64,000 bases of DNA from contig CAWBVY010000004.1 in NCBI GenBank assembly GCA_963792415.1, positions 64,001 to 128,000 on the forward strand, read 5' to 3'. Below, one piece after another: positions 35,901 through 47,267 of this stretch. Every line of letters begins with the position of its first letter. Position 1 is the stretch's first letter. Under the pieces are notes generated by a model, which made no database searches, had not been told where the DNA came from, and worked only from the letters and a program-made list of their open reading frames with translations. Position numbers and translations under genes: made by a program. The stretch comes from Candidatus Deferrimicrobiaceae bacterium (GTDB lineage Bacteria > Desulfobacterota > Deferrimicrobia > Deferrimicrobiales > Deferrimicrobiaceae).

Positions 35901-37562
35901 GGCGAAGGCGGGCAGCTTCCCGGCCACAAGGTAAGCCCCGAGATCGCCCGGATCCGCCACACGATGCCGTACGTGACGCTCATCTCGCCGCCGCCGCACC
36001 ACGACATCTACTCCATCGAGGACCTCGCGCAGCTCATCTACGACCTGAAATCGGTCAACCCGCGGGCGGACGTCTCCGTCAAGCTCGTCTCCGAGGTCGG
36101 CGTCGGCACGATCGCGGCGGGGGTCGCCAAGGCGAAAGCCGACCTCGTGCTCATCGCGGGGAGCGACGGCGGCACGGGCGCCTCGCCGCTCACATCCATC
36201 AAGCACACGGGCCTTCCGTGGGAGCTCGGGCTGGCCGAGACCCAGCAGGCGCTGATCTACAACCGGCTTCGGGACCGGATCCGGGTGCAGGTCGACGGGC
36301 AGCTGAAGACCGGCCGGGACCTCGCCATCGCGGCGCTGATGGGGGCCGAGGAGTTCGGGTTCGGTACCGCCGTGCTCGTGAGTCTCGGGTGCATCATGAT
36401 GCGGAAGTGCCACCTGAACACCTGCCCGGTGGGGGTGGCGACCCAGGACCCGGTCCTGCGCGCGCGGTTCGGCGGCGCGCCCGAGTACGTCGTGCGCTTC
36501 CTCCGCTTCGTTTCCGAGGAGCTGCGCGAATACATGGCGGAGCTCGGGTTCCGCACGCTCGACGAGATGGTGGGCCGGGTCGACCTGCTGGAGGTCCAGC
36601 CGGCGATCGAGCACTGGAAGGCCCAGGGGCTCGACTTCTCCGCCATGCTTCTGCCCCCCGACAACGGACAGAAGAGCCCGCGGCACCGCGTGCGTCCGCA
36701 GGAGCACGAGGTCGGAAAGGCCCTCGACCACGAGATCATGGCGCTCGCCCGGTGCGCCCTGGACCGGAAGGAGCCCGTTCGGATCGAGCTGCCGATCCGG
36801 AACGTCCACCGGTCGGTGGGCGCGGCGCTCTCCGGCGAGATCACCCGCCGCTACGGGGCCGCGGGACTGCCCGACGACACGATCCACCTCACCCTCCTGG
36901 GCTCCGCGGGCCAGAGCTTCGGGGCGTTCCTGGCCCCCGGCGTCACGATGCACGTGTACGGGGACGCCAACGACTACCTCGGCAAGGGGATGTCGGGGGG
37001 ACGGATCGTCGTGACCCCCCCGGAGGGAGCGACCTTCCTCCCGCACAATAACGTGATCGTCGGAAACGTCGTGCTCTACGGCGCCACGGGCGGCGAGGTT
37101 TACTTCCACGGGACCGCCGGGGAGCGGTTCGCGGTCCGCAACAGCGGCGGGAGCGCCGTCGTGGAAGGCGTCGGTGACCACGGGTGCGAATACATGACCG
37201 GCGGGGTCGTCGTGGTGCTGGGGCCGACCGGGGTCAACTTCGCCGCCGGGATGAGCGGGGGGCTCGCCTACGTCTACGACGAGACGGAGCTGTTCGACAC
37301 CCGCTGCAACCTCGACATGGTCGACGTGGAGAGCGTCTGGCAGGAGGAGGACGTGAAGCGCCTCCACGCCATGATCGAGAGCCACTTCCGGTACACGGGG
37401 AGCCAGCGGGCCGCGCAGATCCTCGAGAACTGGGAGTCCCGCCTCCCCCTGTTCGTCAAGATCATGCCGATCGAGTACCGGAAGTCGCTGGAGCGGATGC
37501 GCATGGAGGAGGAGATGAACACCGAGAGCGTCTCCGCCACCGAGGAGGTCTACCGTGGCTAA
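32970..37562 (+). CDS. gltB: Glutamate synthase large subunit
   Basis: [27 protein letters not shown] and CHLNTCPVG motifs. Confidence 0.97.
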   Translation: MTAKRKSFRINASGVPKPTGLYDPKNDHDSCGVGFIARIDGVSLHAVVEQGIRILVNLEHRGALGGDKSTGDGAGLLLEVPDTFFRQVCPGDGLYLPARGEYAAGMVFLPMDEALAERCSGALEQIANAEGCPVLGWREVPVDPSFLGDLSGSTRPRIRQLFLGRGTHEEDAFERKLYVIRRLAEKEVASWDNVDTSQFYISSLSSRTIVYKGLLTGSQLPRFYPDLNNELFMSPYAVVHQRYSTNTLPTWHLAHPFRFAAHNGEINTLRGNINRMRAREAILASPLFGDDIAKLRPVINETGSDSAIFDNVLELLVMSGRSLPHAVMMMIPEAWGPKFQMSEDKRSFYEYHSTIMEPWDGPAAMVFCDGRYLGATLDRNGLRPARYTVTRDGMIVLASETGVMDIPAGRIVRRGRLQPGRMLLLDLQQKRIVPDNEIKAAISRQKPYRKWVKDNKIELRGLFVPSEIPAEDPETLRRKQHAFGYTEEEIRLIITPMASRGQEAIGSMGDDAALAVLSNRPQSLFAYFKQLFAQVTNPPIDPLREELVMSLNGFVGKERNLLDETPEHCRMLRLIQPILTPEDMLRLRGSTHPDLVAADLDMLFPAGGDGKALQTSLARLFVQADKAVRGGATLLILTDRNMNAGNAPIPSLLATAGLHHHLIRRGLRTQASIVVESGEPREVIHFALLLGYGANAICPSTALSTIRELAESESLEAPLLPGEAVDKYVTSVKKGLLKTFSRMGISTLRSFLGSQIFEAVGLGKGVVEKFFTNTASRIAGIGLSEIAAETVARHRRGFPADGRWRNADNLLDVGGVYQLRVDGERHLWTPESVYKLQSATRLDDYGVYKEYAALINDQSLAHATLRSLFRFRKGTPVPLDEVEPVEKILPRFVTAAMSFGSISKETHETIAIAMNRIGGRSNSGEGGEDPDRNIPLPNGDSMRSRIRQVASARFGATTEYLVNADELQIKMAQGAKPGEGGQLPGHKVSPEIARIRHTMPYVTLISPPPHHDIYSIEDLAQLIYDLKSVNPRADVSVKLVSEVGVGTIAAGVAKAKADLVLIAGSDGGTGASPLTSIKHTGLPWELGLAETQQALIYNRLRDRIRVQVDGQLKTGRDLAIAALMGAEEFGFGTAVLVSLGCIMMRKCHLNTCPVGVATQDPVLRARFGGAPEYVVRFLRFVSEELREYMAELGFRTLDEMVGRVDLLEVQPAIEHWKAQGLDFSAMLLPPDNGQKSPRHRVRPQEHEVGKALDHEIMALARCALDRKEPVRIELPIRNVHRSVGAALSGEITRRYGAAGLPDDTIHLTLLGSAGQSFGAFLAPGVTMHVYGDANDYLGKGMSGGRIVVTPPEGATFLPHNNVIVGNVVLYGATGGEVYFHGTAGERFAVRNSGGSAVVEGVGDHGCEYMTGGVVVVLGPTGVNFAAGMSGGLAYVYDETELFDTRCNLDMVDVESVWQEEDVKRLHAMIESHFRYTGSQRAAQILENWESRLPLFVKIMPIEYRKSLERMRMEEEMNTESVSATEEVYRG

Positions 37563-38985
37563 GCCGACCGGGTTCATGGAGCACGATCGGGAGGAACCGA
37601 TCCACCGGCCGGTGACCGAACGGGTCGGGGACTACCGCGAGATCGAGGAACTGCTCCCCGAGGAGGGGATCTACCGCCAGGCGGTGCGCTGCATGGATTG
37701 CGGGATCCCGTTCTGCCACTCCTACGGCTGCCCCGTGAAGAACCGGATCCCCGACTGGAACGAGATGGTCTACCGGAAGAACTGGCGGAAGGCGCTCGAC
37801 CTGCTGCACGCCACCTGCAACCTTCCGGAGATCACGGGCCGGGTATGTCCCGCCCCGTGCGAGGCCGCGTGCACCCTGGCGATCAACCTCCCCGCGGTCA
37901 CCATCCGCCACCTCGAGCTTCAGATCGTGGAGCACGGCTGGCGGGAGGAGTGGATCCGGCCGGAGCCGGCGGGGTTTTCGACCGGCAAGCGCGTGGCCGT
38001 CGTGGGATCCGGTCCCGCGGGGCTCCCCGCCGCCCAGCAGCTCGCGCGCAACGGCCACGAGGTGGTCGTCTTCGAGAAGGCGGACCGGATCGGGGGGCTT
38101 TTGCGGTACGGCATCCCCGACTTCAAACTCGAGAAGTGGGTCATCGACCGTCGGCTCGACCAGATGCGGGCCGAGGGGGTGGTCTTCGAAACGGGCGTCA
38201 ACGCGGGGGTGGACGTCTCCGCCGCGTACCTGCGCCGATCCTTCGACGCGATCGTCCTGGCCGCCGGGGCGACGTCGGCGCGCGACCTGCCCGTCCCCGG
38301 GAGGGACCTCAAGGGGGTCCACTTCGCGATGGAGTTCCTCACGCAGCAGAACCGGCGGAACGCCGGAGACACGATCCCCGAGGGGGAAGGGATCTCCGCG
38401 ACGGGGAAGCACGTGGTGGTGATCGGCGGGGGGGACACGGGATCGGACTGCATCGGCACCAGCCGCCGGCAGGGGGCCGCCTCGATCACCCAGATCGAGC
38501 TGCTGCCGATGCCTCCGGAGGAACGGCTCCCGACCAACCCGTGGCCCACGTGGCCGGTCGTCCTGCGGACCTCTTCTTCCCAGGAGGAAGGGTGCGAGCG
38601 GATGTGGAGCGTCCAGACGAAGGCGTTCCTCGGCGAAAAGGGAGCGGTCCGGAAGATTTCCTGCGTGGAACTGGATTGGACCGGGCCGGACGCCGCGGGG
38701 AGTCGTTCGTTCAAGGAGATCCCCGGCTCCGCGTTCGAGCTGCGGGCGGACCTCGTGCTCCTGGCGATGGGGTTCGTCCACGTGGAGCACGGCCCGCTGG
38801 TCCGGGACCTGGGCGTTGCGACGGACGGGCGGGGGAACCTGGTTTCCGACGGGAACTGCATGACGAACGTCCCCGGCGTCTTCGGGGCGGGGGACGCCGT
38901 CATCGGCGCCTCTCTCGTGGTGCGAGCGATCGACCTCGGCCGGCTGGCCGCGGCGGGGGCGGACCGGTACCTCGTCGGGCGCTGA
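37555..38985 (+). CDS. gltD: Glutamate synthase small subunit
   Basis: [16 protein letters not shown] and GGGDTGSDC motifs; overlaps the gltB stop. Confidence 0.95.
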   Translation: MAKPTGFMEHDREEPIHRPVTERVGDYREIEELLPEEGIYRQAVRCMDCGIPFCHSYGCPVKNRIPDWNEMVYRKNWRKALDLLHATCNLPEITGRVCPAPCEAACTLAINLPAVTIRHLELQIVEHGWREEWIRPEPAGFSTGKRVAVVGSGPAGLPAAQQLARNGHEVVVFEKADRIGGLLRYGIPDFKLEKWVIDRRLDQMRAEGVVFETGVNAGVDVSAAYLRRSFDAIVLAAGATSARDLPVPGRDLKGVHFAMEFLTQQNRRNAGDTIPEGEGISATGKHVVVIGGGDTGSDCIGTSRRQGAASITQIELLPMPPEERLPTNPWPTWPVVLRTSSSQEEGCERMWSVQTKAFLGEKGAVRKISCVELDWTGPDAAGSRSFKEIPGSAFELRADLVLLAMGFVHVEHGPLVRDLGVATDGRGNLVSDGNCMTNVPGVFGAGDAVIGASLVVRAIDLGRLAAAGADRYLVGR

Positions 38986-39063
38986 CCCGCGAAACGATCC
39001 GCTCCTTCCGGGAATCCCTTTTTTGAATTGGCGGACAATCAACCTGTCAAGAAGGAGGAACTT

Positions 39064-39660
39064 ATGCGTCGAAGGATGATTCTTGTGGCGGCGGTCCTGT
39101 GTCTCGTGGCGCCGGGACTTCTACATGCGGCCCCCTGGGAGTTCGACCCGGCCCACACCGGGGTCCAGTTCAAGGTACGTCACCTGATGATCTCCTCGGT
39201 GCGGGGGGAGTTCGAAAAAGTCACCGGGAAGATCGTGTACGACGAGGCGGACGTGACGAAATCGACGGCCGACATCACCATCGACGCGGCCTCGATCAAC
39301 ACGCGCGTGGCGAAACGCGACGAGCACCTGCGCAGCCCCGATTTCCTCGACGTGGCGAAGTACCCCGCGATCACCTTCAGGTCGAAGCGGGTCGAAAAGA
39401 CGGGGAACGGAGCACTGAAGATGACCGGAGACCTTACGATCCGGGGCGTGACGAAAGAGGTGGTCCTTGCCGTCGAGGGGCCCTCCCCGGAGATCAGGGA
39501 CCCGGAAGGCAACCTCCGCGTGGGCGGACAGGCGACCACGAAAATCCACCGGAAGGATTTCGGGCTGACGTGGAACAAGACGGTCGATGGGGGAGGGGTC
39601 GTCGTGGGCGACGAGGTGGAGATCACCATCGACGTGGAGATTTACAGGAAGCCGGCGTGA
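39064..39660 (+). CDS. YceI family periplasmic protein
   Basis: DPAHT..F.VRHL, RDEHLRSPDF and GDLTIRGVTK motifs. Confidence 0.9.
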   Translation: MRRRMILVAAVLCLVAPGLLHAAPWEFDPAHTGVQFKVRHLMISSVRGEFEKVTGKIVYDEADVTKSTADITIDAASINTRVAKRDEHLRSPDFLDVAKYPAITFRSKRVEKTGNGALKMTGDLTIRGVTKEVVLAVEGPSPEIRDPEGNLRVGGQATTKIHRKDFGLTWNKTVDGGGVVVGDEVEITIDVEIYRKPA

Positions 39661-39770
39661 CGTGATGGTACGCTCCGAAGGAAGCGGTTGACGTCCCTGC
39701 CGCGTTGCAGGTATGTATGGTGAGTCCGGTTCAGGGATCCGGATTCAATCCATCCTTTCGGAGGGAACCG

Positions 39771-40694
39771 ATGCGCAAGACGATCTCCATTCCGCTCCTC
39801 GCGGCCCTGCTCTTCAGTGTCGCCGGCACCCCGGCGCTGGCGATCAACCAGCCACCGCTGAACCTCGGCCTGACCGATATCCTCGACGGCGCCCTACCGG
39901 GCCCCGGGACGTACCTGACGGAGTACATACAACCGTACAGCGCAAGCAAGATCAAGAAAGTGCTCGGGGGGGGCGACTTGGACGCAGGCGTGTCGAACAC
40001 GCTCGCCATGACCCAGTTCGTGCACGTTTACAAACACAAGGTGCTCGGGGGGAACCTCGGCGCGGACCTGCTCATCCCAGCGGTCACGATCAGCGCGGAC
40101 TCCCCGCTCACCACAAACCCCGGCTGGTTCGGGGACATCACGGTGGGCCCTTTCCTGCAGTGGTTCGACACGAAGCTCTTCGGCATGCCCTACTTTCAAA
40201 GGTTGGAACTGGACTTCTCCATCCCGACCGGGGAGTACGACAAGAAATACACCCTGAACCCGGGCAGCAACCACTGGGTCATCGAGCCGTACTACGCCTT
40301 CACCCTGTTCATGACGCCGAAACTTTCCACCTCATGGCGGATCCACTACACGTACAGTATGGAGAACGACGATGTTGAGCCCTCCCCGCTGAACAACTTT
40401 TCGACCCGTGTGACGCCGGGCCAGGCGTTCCACTTCAACTACTCCTTCGAGTACGAGTTCTTCAAGGACTTCCGGGGGGCGGTGGCAGGGTACTACCTGA
40501 AGCAGATCACGGAAGACGACACCGGCAACGGGACCTTGAGCAACTCCAAGGAACAGGTCTTCGCCGTCGGGCCGGCGGTCTCCTGGGCCGCGTCCCCGAA
40601 CTTCTTCCTGGGTCTGAAGACCCAGTGGGAGTCGTCCGCGGAAAACCGCCCCGAGGGGAACCGGACCACGTTCCGGATGACGTACAAGTTCTGA
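39771..40694 (+). CDS. Outer-membrane beta-barrel, SphA/phenol MetA-pathway family
   Basis: Signal peptide, GDITVGP, PTGEYD, GYYLKQITED and C-terminal Phe. Confidence 0.75.
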   Translation: MRKTISIPLLAALLFSVAGTPALAINQPPLNLGLTDILDGALPGPGTYLTEYIQPYSASKIKKVLGGGDLDAGVSNTLAMTQFVHVYKHKVLGGNLGADLLIPAVTISADSPLTTNPGWFGDITVGPFLQWFDTKLFGMPYFQRLELDFSIPTGEYDKKYTLNPGSNHWVIEPYYAFTLFMTPKLSTSWRIHYTYSMENDDVEPSPLNNFSTRVTPGQAFHFNYSFEYEFFKDFRGAVAGYYLKQITEDDTGNGTLSNSKEQVFAVGPAVSWAASPNFFLGLKTQWESSAENRPEGNRTTFRMTYKF

Positions 40695-40701
40695 CAGCAC
40701 G

Positions 40702-41007
40702 GTGGCGGGCGGGGAGATCGACCTGCACGGCCTGACCGTCGCGGATTCCCTCACCCTCTTCACGGCACATTACAACGCGCGGCTGCGGGCGGGGGACACC
40801 GGCCCGATCCGCGTGATCCACGGCTACGGCTCCTCGGGCCGCGGCGGAGACTTGCGGGCGGCGCTCCGCGAGCTGCTCTCCCGCCACGCCGCCCGCCTCG
40901 AATTCGTTCCCGGCGAGACGTACTTCAACAATCCCGGCGTTACGGTCGTCTACCCGAAGCACCCGCTCCCGGCACCTTCCCGGAACCCCCGGGCGGGACG
41001 CCGCTAG
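40702..41007 (+). CDS. Stand-alone Smr domain protein
   Basis: IDLHG and VIHGYGSSG motifs. Confidence 0.8.
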   Translation: MAGGEIDLHGLTVADSLTLFTAHYNARLRAGDTGPIRVIHGYGSSGRGGDLRAALRELLSRHAARLEFVPGETYFNNPGVTVVYPKHPLPAPSRNPRAGRR

Positions 41008-41014
41008 CGCACCG

Positions 41015-41596
41015 TCACCGCTCCCCGGCCAGTCGTTTCAGCAGCCACGCCATGTTCCGCCCGAGGGTTCGCATCGTCGCCACCCCCTCCTCGTCCTTCT
41101 CCACATCGCCGATCTCCCGGCCGACACCGATGTTCCAGTAGCTCGACCCGGGGACGATCATCTCGCCGATGAGGAAGAAGTGGTTCATCGTGTCGAAGGC
41201 GTGGATCGCACCGGCGCGGCGCACCGCCACCACAGCCGCCCCGGCCTTCCGCCGGTACATGTTTCCGTTGGCCCGCCCGACCATCCCCGCGCGGTCGATC
41301 AGCGCCTTCATCTCCGCGGTGACGTCGGTGAAGTAGGTGGGAGATCCGAGCAAGATCCCGTCGGCGGCGTCGATCTTCTCGATGCAGTCGTTCGCCGCGT
41401 CGCCCTCCACCGCGCACCGGCGGTCCTTGTTCGTGAAACATTTGTAGCAGGCGGTGCACCCGCGGATCCTCTTTCCGGCCAGCTCCACGAGTTCGGTTTC
41501 GACCCCCTCCATCTCCAGTTCGGCGAACACATGCCGAAGGAGCAAGGTCGTGTTCCCACCCTTCCGGGCGCTTCCGTTGATCCCCACCACGCGCAT
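41015..41596 (-). CDS. Iron-sulfur flavoprotein / flavodoxin-fold FMN reductase
   Basis: GSARKGGNT, CTACYKC...C and GSPTYF motifs. Confidence 0.85.
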   Translation of the reverse strand: MRVVGINGSARKGGNTTLLLRHVFAELEMEGVETELVELAGKRIRGCTACYKCFTNKDRRCAVEGDAANDCIEKIDAADGILLGSPTYFTDVTAEMKALIDRAGMVGRANGNMYRRKAGAAVVAVRRAGAIHAFDTMNHFFLIGEMIVPGSSYWNIGVGREIGDVEKDEEGVATMRTLGRNMAWLLKRLAGER

Positions 41597-41766
41597 CGGG
41601 ACTCCCCCCATCCGATATTCGGCGGCTCCCGGGACGGGACCGCCCCCGTGCGTAGTGTAGCGGAGAACGGAAAAATCTTCTCCTCCCGTTCCGATCGCCA
41701 CCTCCGGCAGACAATCCCGGGGCGAGGGTGATAAAATGCCCGGAAACACCCGGAGAGGGGATACGG

Positions 41767-42225
41767 ATGAATCGTCTCGGTACATGGATCGTCCTTTGCG
41801 TTTCGATCGTGGTGCTGGCGGCAGGTGGCGATGCGTTTGCGTTCGGGAATGCGGCGAGCGGTGGGAGCAAGGACGCGAAGAAGCAGGCCGCCTCCGAACC
41901 GATCCAGGTGGAAAAGGCGAAGGGAGCGGACGCCTATACCGTGTCCGAGACCTACGAGAATGCCGGCAAACTGGACAAGAAGAACGTCGTCGTCCGGGGG
42001 AAGGTCGTCAAAATCTCCAAAGGGATCATGGGAAAGAACTGGGTCCACCTTCGCGACGGCAGCGGGGATCCGGAAAAGGGAACGAACGACCTGGTGGTCA
42101 CCACGCAGGACGTTCCCAAGGTCGGGGACGTGGTGACGGCCAAGGGAACCCTCTCCAAGGACAAGGACCTCGGGTCGGGGTACAAGTACAAGGTGATCGT
42201 CGAAAAGGCGACCGTCAAACCTTAG
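41767..42225 (+). CDS. Secreted OB-fold-like protein
   Basis: Signal peptide; beta-rich VRGKVVK...GIMGKNWVHLRDGSG segment. Confidence 0.65.
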   Translation: MNRLGTWIVLCVSIVVLAAGGDAFAFGNAASGGSKDAKKQAASEPIQVEKAKGADAYTVSETYENAGKLDKKNVVVRGKVVKISKGIMGKNWVHLRDGSGDPEKGTNDLVVTTQDVPKVGDVVTAKGTLSKDKDLGSGYKYKVIVEKATVKP

Positions 42226-42277
42226 CACCGCGTTTCATAAATTCGGTTGCACTCGAGGCCCGCTGCATCCGCCCCGG
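42225..42277. repeat. Solo end fragment of the 17503-17744 MITE
   Basis: gcaccgcgtttcataaattcggttgcactcgaggcccgctgcatccgccccgg matches the reverse complement of the MITE right end and follows TTA at a stop codon. Confidence 0.85.
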
Positions 42278-42288
42278 ATCGGGGGAAG

Positions 42289-43443
42289 ATGAAATCGACA
42301 TCCTCGAGCATTCGTCCCTGCATCCGGATTTTCGCGGCCCTTGTCTCGGCTGCGGTTCTGTTCTTCGCAACCGGGAGTTCTCCGGCGGCCGATGCCCAGG
42401 GCGGTTCCGCGCCCACCGGAACGGACAACGTCGCGATCCCGGAGGCGCCCGCCGCAACGGACAACGTCCCGATTCCGGAGGCGCCCGCCGTAGCGGACAA
42501 CGTCGTGATTCTGGAAGTGCCCGTCCCAACGGACAACGGGTGGGTGGACCGATCCCATTCCTGGATCGAGACGGGCCTGTTCGACATGGTCGTCTGGTTC
42601 GACCGGTTCTTCGGCGACGAACGGATGAAGATCACGGAACGGCCCGAGTGGTTCCTGCGGTGGAAGACGGAGTTCCGGTGGGACCAGGAGGAGAACTTCA
42701 TCTTCCGCAGCTCGGTCCGGGCCTCCCTGCACCTCCCGAGGCTCAAGAAGCGGTGGCGGCTGGTCTTCACCAGTGAGAGCCGGGGCGATCCGACCGCCGT
42801 CATCCCGGAGGATCCCGGGAACCCGGGAGTGAACCCGGCAAGCCAGGTCCGGTCCAGCTCCACGGAACTGGTCTACAACATCTTCCAGACCCCGCGCTCC
42901 ACCCTCGACGCGGGGGCCGGGGTGCAGGTGAAGATCCCCCCCAACGCTTTTCTCCGGACCCGGTTCCAGCACGCGCGGCCCCTCGCGCCCGACACCCTCG
43001 GCCGGTTCACTGCGACCGCGTACTGGGACCACCGCGACGGTTTCGGCGAATCGAACCAGCTCGACCTCGAACGCTGGCTCGCCCCGCCCACCCTGCTCCG
43101 ATGGTCCAACTCCATGACCATCACGGAGACGGACCGATGGTGGACGTGGGGATCGGAGCTCTCCCTCCTCCACAAACTCTCCCCGAAAAGCGCGATCACC
43201 TTCGCCGGGGGCGCCTCGGGCTCCACGCACCCTTCGTGGGTCGCAACGGATTACCGGATCCTCGCCCGATACCGCAGGAGCATCTGGCGGAAATGGCTCT
43301 TCCTCGAGGGGGAGCCCGACATCCACTGGCCGAGGAAGGAGGACGGGAGTCGTAAGCCGTTGTGGGGCGCGACCTTGCGGGTGGAGGTCCTGTTCGCCGG
43401 AACCGAACCGGATCCGAAGGGCGGCGGAGGGAACAAGCCTTGA
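42289..43443 (+). CDS. Secreted hypothetical protein, probable outer-membrane beta-barrel, with 12-aa repeat linker
   Basis: Signal-like N-terminus, alternating aromatic/hydrophobic strands, xDNVxIxExPxx repeats. Confidence 0.6.
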   Translation: MKSTSSSIRPCIRIFAALVSAAVLFFATGSSPAADAQGGSAPTGTDNVAIPEAPAATDNVPIPEAPAVADNVVILEVPVPTDNGWVDRSHSWIETGLFDMVVWFDRFFGDERMKITERPEWFLRWKTEFRWDQEENFIFRSSVRASLHLPRLKKRWRLVFTSESRGDPTAVIPEDPGNPGVNPASQVRSSSTELVYNIFQTPRSTLDAGAGVQVKIPPNAFLRTRFQHARPLAPDTLGRFTATAYWDHRDGFGESNQLDLERWLAPPTLLRWSNSMTITETDRWWTWGSELSLLHKLSPKSAITFAGGASGSTHPSWVATDYRILARYRRSIWRKWLFLEGEPDIHWPRKEDGSRKPLWGATLRVEVLFAGTEPDPKGGGGNKP

Positions 43444-43488
43444 CGCCGAGGGACCTGGTATGCGGAACCGGAGCGAGGCCCCCGGGAG

Positions 43489-44607
43489 TCAGACGCTTCC
43501 GGGACGATCCAGCCGCGCTTCCAGGATCCCCGCGGCGACGGGGATCACCAGGAGGACCGCCACGAGGGCGACCACCCCCCTCCACCCCGCACAGCGATAC
43601 GCCAGGCCGCTCGCCGTGATCCCCGCCGTCCCCCCCAGATAGTAGAAGAAGACGTACAGGGAGTTCCCCCTCCCGCGACTGGTCGACAGCTTCCGGTTCA
43701 ACGCTCCCACCGCGGCGATATGGACGATGAAAAAACCGGCACACACCCCGACAAGCGCCACGGCCACGGCCTCAACGAACGGGGCCAGCGTGAGGAGGAT
43801 GGAAGCGCCGAATACGGCCCCGCCGACCGCCATCGCGATCCCGTTTCCCAGCCGGTTCCCGAGCCGCCCCGCAAAGGGACCGATCGCGACGCCGACCAGG
43901 TAGGAAAGGTACAGCATTGTGATGAGGTGCGTGGGCAGCAGGAACGGCGGCCCGGCAAGGTGGAACGGCAGGTAGTTGAAAACGGAGGAGAAGGCCCCGA
44001 ACGACGCCGCGCCGACGGAAAAGATCCGCAACAGGTCGTGACGGGAGAGCAGCGCGGCGAACCCCGCCTCTTCCCCTCCGGCATCGGGGATCTTCTCCTC
44101 CCGCGGGAGCCATCGTCCCGCGTCGAGGGTCGCGAGGAGAAGAAAAGCGGAGGCGGTCACGAAGGCGTAGCGCCAGTGAAGGGGCGGATGGAGGAACCCC
44201 GCGAGCAATCTTCCCCCCAGCCCCCCGGCCACGGTGGCGGAGACGTACGCCCCCATCGCAACGTTCAGGCGCTCGGCGGGAAGGCGACGGACGAGATACA
44301 CCACGAGGCACGTGGTGAGCGACGGGACGAACACGCCCTGGAGAAACCTCCCGGCCACCAGGAGCGGAAAGCTGCTCGTGGCCGCGCAGAGGAAGCCGCA
44401 CAGGGAAGCGAGTGTCCCGCCGACGAGGATGATCGGCCTGGCGGGGAAGCGGTCCGCCAGCCGTCCGAACGGCAAGGTGGCCAGCGCGATCCCGAAGATC
44501 ACGGCGGATACCGTGAGGGACGCCTTCGCCGCGTCGACCCCAAACTCTTCCCGCAGGACCGGGAGCACGGGTTGGGTAAGGTAGATCGTCGAAAACGTCG
44601 CGGCCAC
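43489..44607 (-). CDS. MFS transporter (YnfM-like)
   Basis: YLTQPVLP, GRLADRF and GRFLQG motifs, many TM segments; true start probably further upstream. Confidence 0.85.
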   Translation of the reverse strand: MAATFSTIYLTQPVLPVLREEFGVDAAKASLTVSAVIFGIALATLPFGRLADRFPARPIILVGGTLASLCGFLCAATSSFPLLVAGRFLQGVFVPSLTTCLVVYLVRRLPAERLNVAMGAYVSATVAGGLGGRLLAGFLHPPLHWRYAFVTASAFLLLATLDAGRWLPREEKIPDAGGEEAGFAALLSRHDLLRIFSVGAASFGAFSSVFNYLPFHLAGPPFLLPTHLITMLYLSYLVGVAIGPFAGRLGNRLGNGIAMAVGGAVFGASILLTLAPFVEAVAVALVGVCAGFFIVHIAAVGALNRKLSTSRGRGNSLYVFFYYLGGTAGITASGLAYRCAGWRGVVALVAVLLVIPVAAGILEARLDRPGSV

Positions 44608-44684
44608 CAGGAGGAATACCCTCGCCTGGAGCGACGCCGACCCTGCCTCCCGGCCTGCGGATGAAACGGGAATCTTCCCCGGTG

Positions 44685-44891
44685 TTACGAGCGATACTTG
44701 AAGGAGATGTTCACCCGTGCCCGGTAGGCGACGACCTTATTCTTGTCGATCGCCATGTCCAATTTGACGACTTCCGCGACCCTGAGGTCCTCGAGGGACT
44801 TCCCGGCGGTCTCCACCGCGTTTTTCGCGGCTTCCTCCCACGATGTCTTGCTCGTGCCCACGATTTCGATGACTTTGTAAACGCTGTCCAT
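44685..44891 (-). CDS. Dodecin family flavin-binding protein
   Basis: VYKVIEIVGTS.TSWEEAAKNAV...YRARVNISF. Confidence 0.88.
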   Translation of the reverse strand: MDSVYKVIEIVGTSKTSWEEAAKNAVETAGKSLEDLRVAEVVKLDMAIDKNKVVAYRARVNISFKYRS

Positions 44892-45072
44892 GGCTCCTCT
44901 CCTTCCCGGGCGGATTTTGCTCTCATCGGATCGATCAACCACGTTTCATGGTACCACTCTCCCTCTGGAGCCGCGCGCGCTTTCGTTCGCCCCCCTGGGG
45001 ATCACCGCGCGGGGAACCGTCGGGAAATCGACCGGTTCCCCCTTCCTGCCGGGAGGGAACTATGTATACTGT

Positions 45073-46697
45073 ATGCAAAATCGGAGATTCCTCGCAGAAA
45101 TGCCTTGGCGAAAAAGCATAGCAATGAAGATCATCCTGAGCGTCGTCGGGATGATCCTGATCGTGAACGGCGCCCTGGCGTACCTTTTTCTCGACATCCA
45201 GGGGGAAAACCTCAACCACGCGATCCACCGGAACGCCTCGCAGCTCAGCGAGACGATCAAGAAATCGATCCAGAACGACATGCTCGAGAACCGGAAGGAA
45301 GCCGCCTACAAGATCATGGAGACGATCGGAGGGCAGGAGGGGATCGAAAAAGTCCGCGTCTACAGCTCCGAGGGGAAGATCCTCTTCTCCAGCGGCAACC
45401 CGGGCGAGGTCGGCCAGATGGTCAACCAGAAGGCGGAAGCCTGCTTCGGGTGCCACGCGGAAGCCCGCCCGCTCGAGCGGCTGGAGACGTCCGGACGGAG
45501 CCGTGTTTTCTTTTCCGAGCACGGCGACGAGGCGGGCGGCACGAACCACCGCGTCCTCGGGATCATCAATCCGATGTACAACGAGGCTGGCTGCTCCTCC
45601 GCGGCGTGCCACGCCCACCCAATGTCGCTGAAGGTCCTGGGGGTGATCGACGTCACCATGGACCTGAGCGAGGTGGATAACCAGATGACCCTGGCGCGGC
45701 GCCAGGTCCTGGTCGTGAGCGTCGTCTCGCTGGTCGCCATCTGCATCATCGTCGCCCTCATCCTCCTCCACTTCATCGAAAAGCCGGTCAAGGAGTTCGT
45801 CCTCGGCACGAAGCGGATCTCCGGGGGGATCTCGACCATTTCATCAACGTCACGACGAACGACGAGATGGGGCACCTGGCGATGTCGTTCAACCAGATGA
45901 CCCTGGATCTTCAGAACGCGCAGAAGGAGATCCAGGAGGGGATCCGGAACCTGGAGCAGAAGGTGGAGGAGCGGACGCAGGAACTCAAGGCGACCCAGTC
46001 GCAGCTGCTGCATTCGGAGAAGCTTGCGGCCGTGGGGGCGCTGGCGGCGACCGTCGCGCACGAGATCAACAACCCGCTGACCGGCGTCTACACCTACATC
46101 CGGCTCATGGAGAGGAAGCTCGACCTGGGACAGCATGGGCCGGAGGATCTCTCGAGATACAAGGGGTTTCTCGACACGATGCGCAGGGAGGTCGAGCGGA
46201 CGACCGCCATCGTGCAGAACCTTCTCGACTTCACGCGGCCGAAGGACCCGCTCCGCAAGCCGATGAGCCTCGTCAAGGTGCTGGAGGAGTCCCTCGCCCT
46301 CGTCTCGAACAAGCTGAGCCTCAGTAACATCGCGGTGGTGAAGGTTCTGAACCCCCTACCGGATATCCAGGCCGACCCGGCGCACATGAAGCAAGTGTTG
46401 CTCAACCTCCTCATCAACGCCTGCGAAGCGATGGAAGAGGGGGGAACCTTGACGATCCGGTCCGATCACCACCCGGATGCGAACACCGTGACGATGAGCT
46501 TTCACGACACGGGGAACGGAATAGAGGAAAAGGACCTGGCGCGGATCTTCGACCCCTTCTTCTCCACGAAGAAGAAGGGGACCGGGCTGGGCCTCTCGGT
46601 CGTCAACGGCATCGTGACCCGCCACGGCGGCAAGGTGGAAATCGACAGCGCCCCCGGGAAGGGAACCGATTTCCGGGTGACCCTGCCCGTCGGGTAA
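45073..46697 (+). CDS. Sensor histidine kinase with periplasmic heme-c motifs and HAMP domain; frameshifted at G6 (45823-45828)
   Basis: TM, CFGCH, CSSAACH, TM, HAMP; second frame has VAHEINNPL, NLLINA, DTGNG and GTGLGL. One extra G would fuse the two frames. Confidence 0.85.
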
Positions 46698-46712
46698 AGG
46701 AAAGCGGAGAAC

Positions 46713-47267
46713 ATCGGCAACGTCATCTACATCCGGCCTGTCGGGGCTGTGGAACACGGGATCCTCCAATGGCTGAGGAAAGAGATGGGTGACTGCCTCA
46801 TGGCGACCGTACGGACGCTTCCGGCGCTCCCCGTTCCACCCGAAAGCTTCGAGGCCCGCCGGAACCAGTACTATTCGACGAGGATTCTCAAGGAGATGCT
46901 CGGGGAGGTCCCGCAGGACGCGCTCAAGCTCCTGGGGGTGACGGACAAGGACCTGTGCATCCCGATCCTGACGTACGTCTTCGGGGAGGCGCAGGTGGGC
47001 GGGACGGCCGCCGTCGTTTCCCTCGCCCGGCTGCGACAGGAGCATTACGGGCTGACGCCGGACCGGCCGCTGCTCCTGGAGAGACTTCGCAAGGAAAGCC
47101 TCCACGAGCTGGGGCATACGTTCGGCCTCGTTCATTGCCCGTTGAGGGAATGCGTGATGTACCTTTCGAACACCGTGGTGGACGTGGACACCAGGGGGCG
47201 GGATTTCTGCATGGGTTGCCAGACGGTCGTGGCGTCAAAAAACACCGCGGCGGAGAGGCGGGGATGA
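46713..47267 (+). CDS. Archaemetzincin-family Zn metalloprotease (M54)
   Basis: HELGHTFGLVHC...CVM...FCMGC; possible ATC start at 46713 (the ORF track starts at GTG 46749). Confidence 0.85.
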   Translation: MGNVIYIRPVGAVEHGILQWLRKEMGDCLMATVRTLPALPVPPESFEARRNQYYSTRILKEMLGEVPQDALKLLGVTDKDLCIPILTYVFGEAQVGGTAAVVSLARLRQEHYGLTPDRPLLLERLRKESLHELGHTFGLVHCPLRECVMYLSNTVVDVDTRGRDFCMGCQTVVASKNTAAERRG

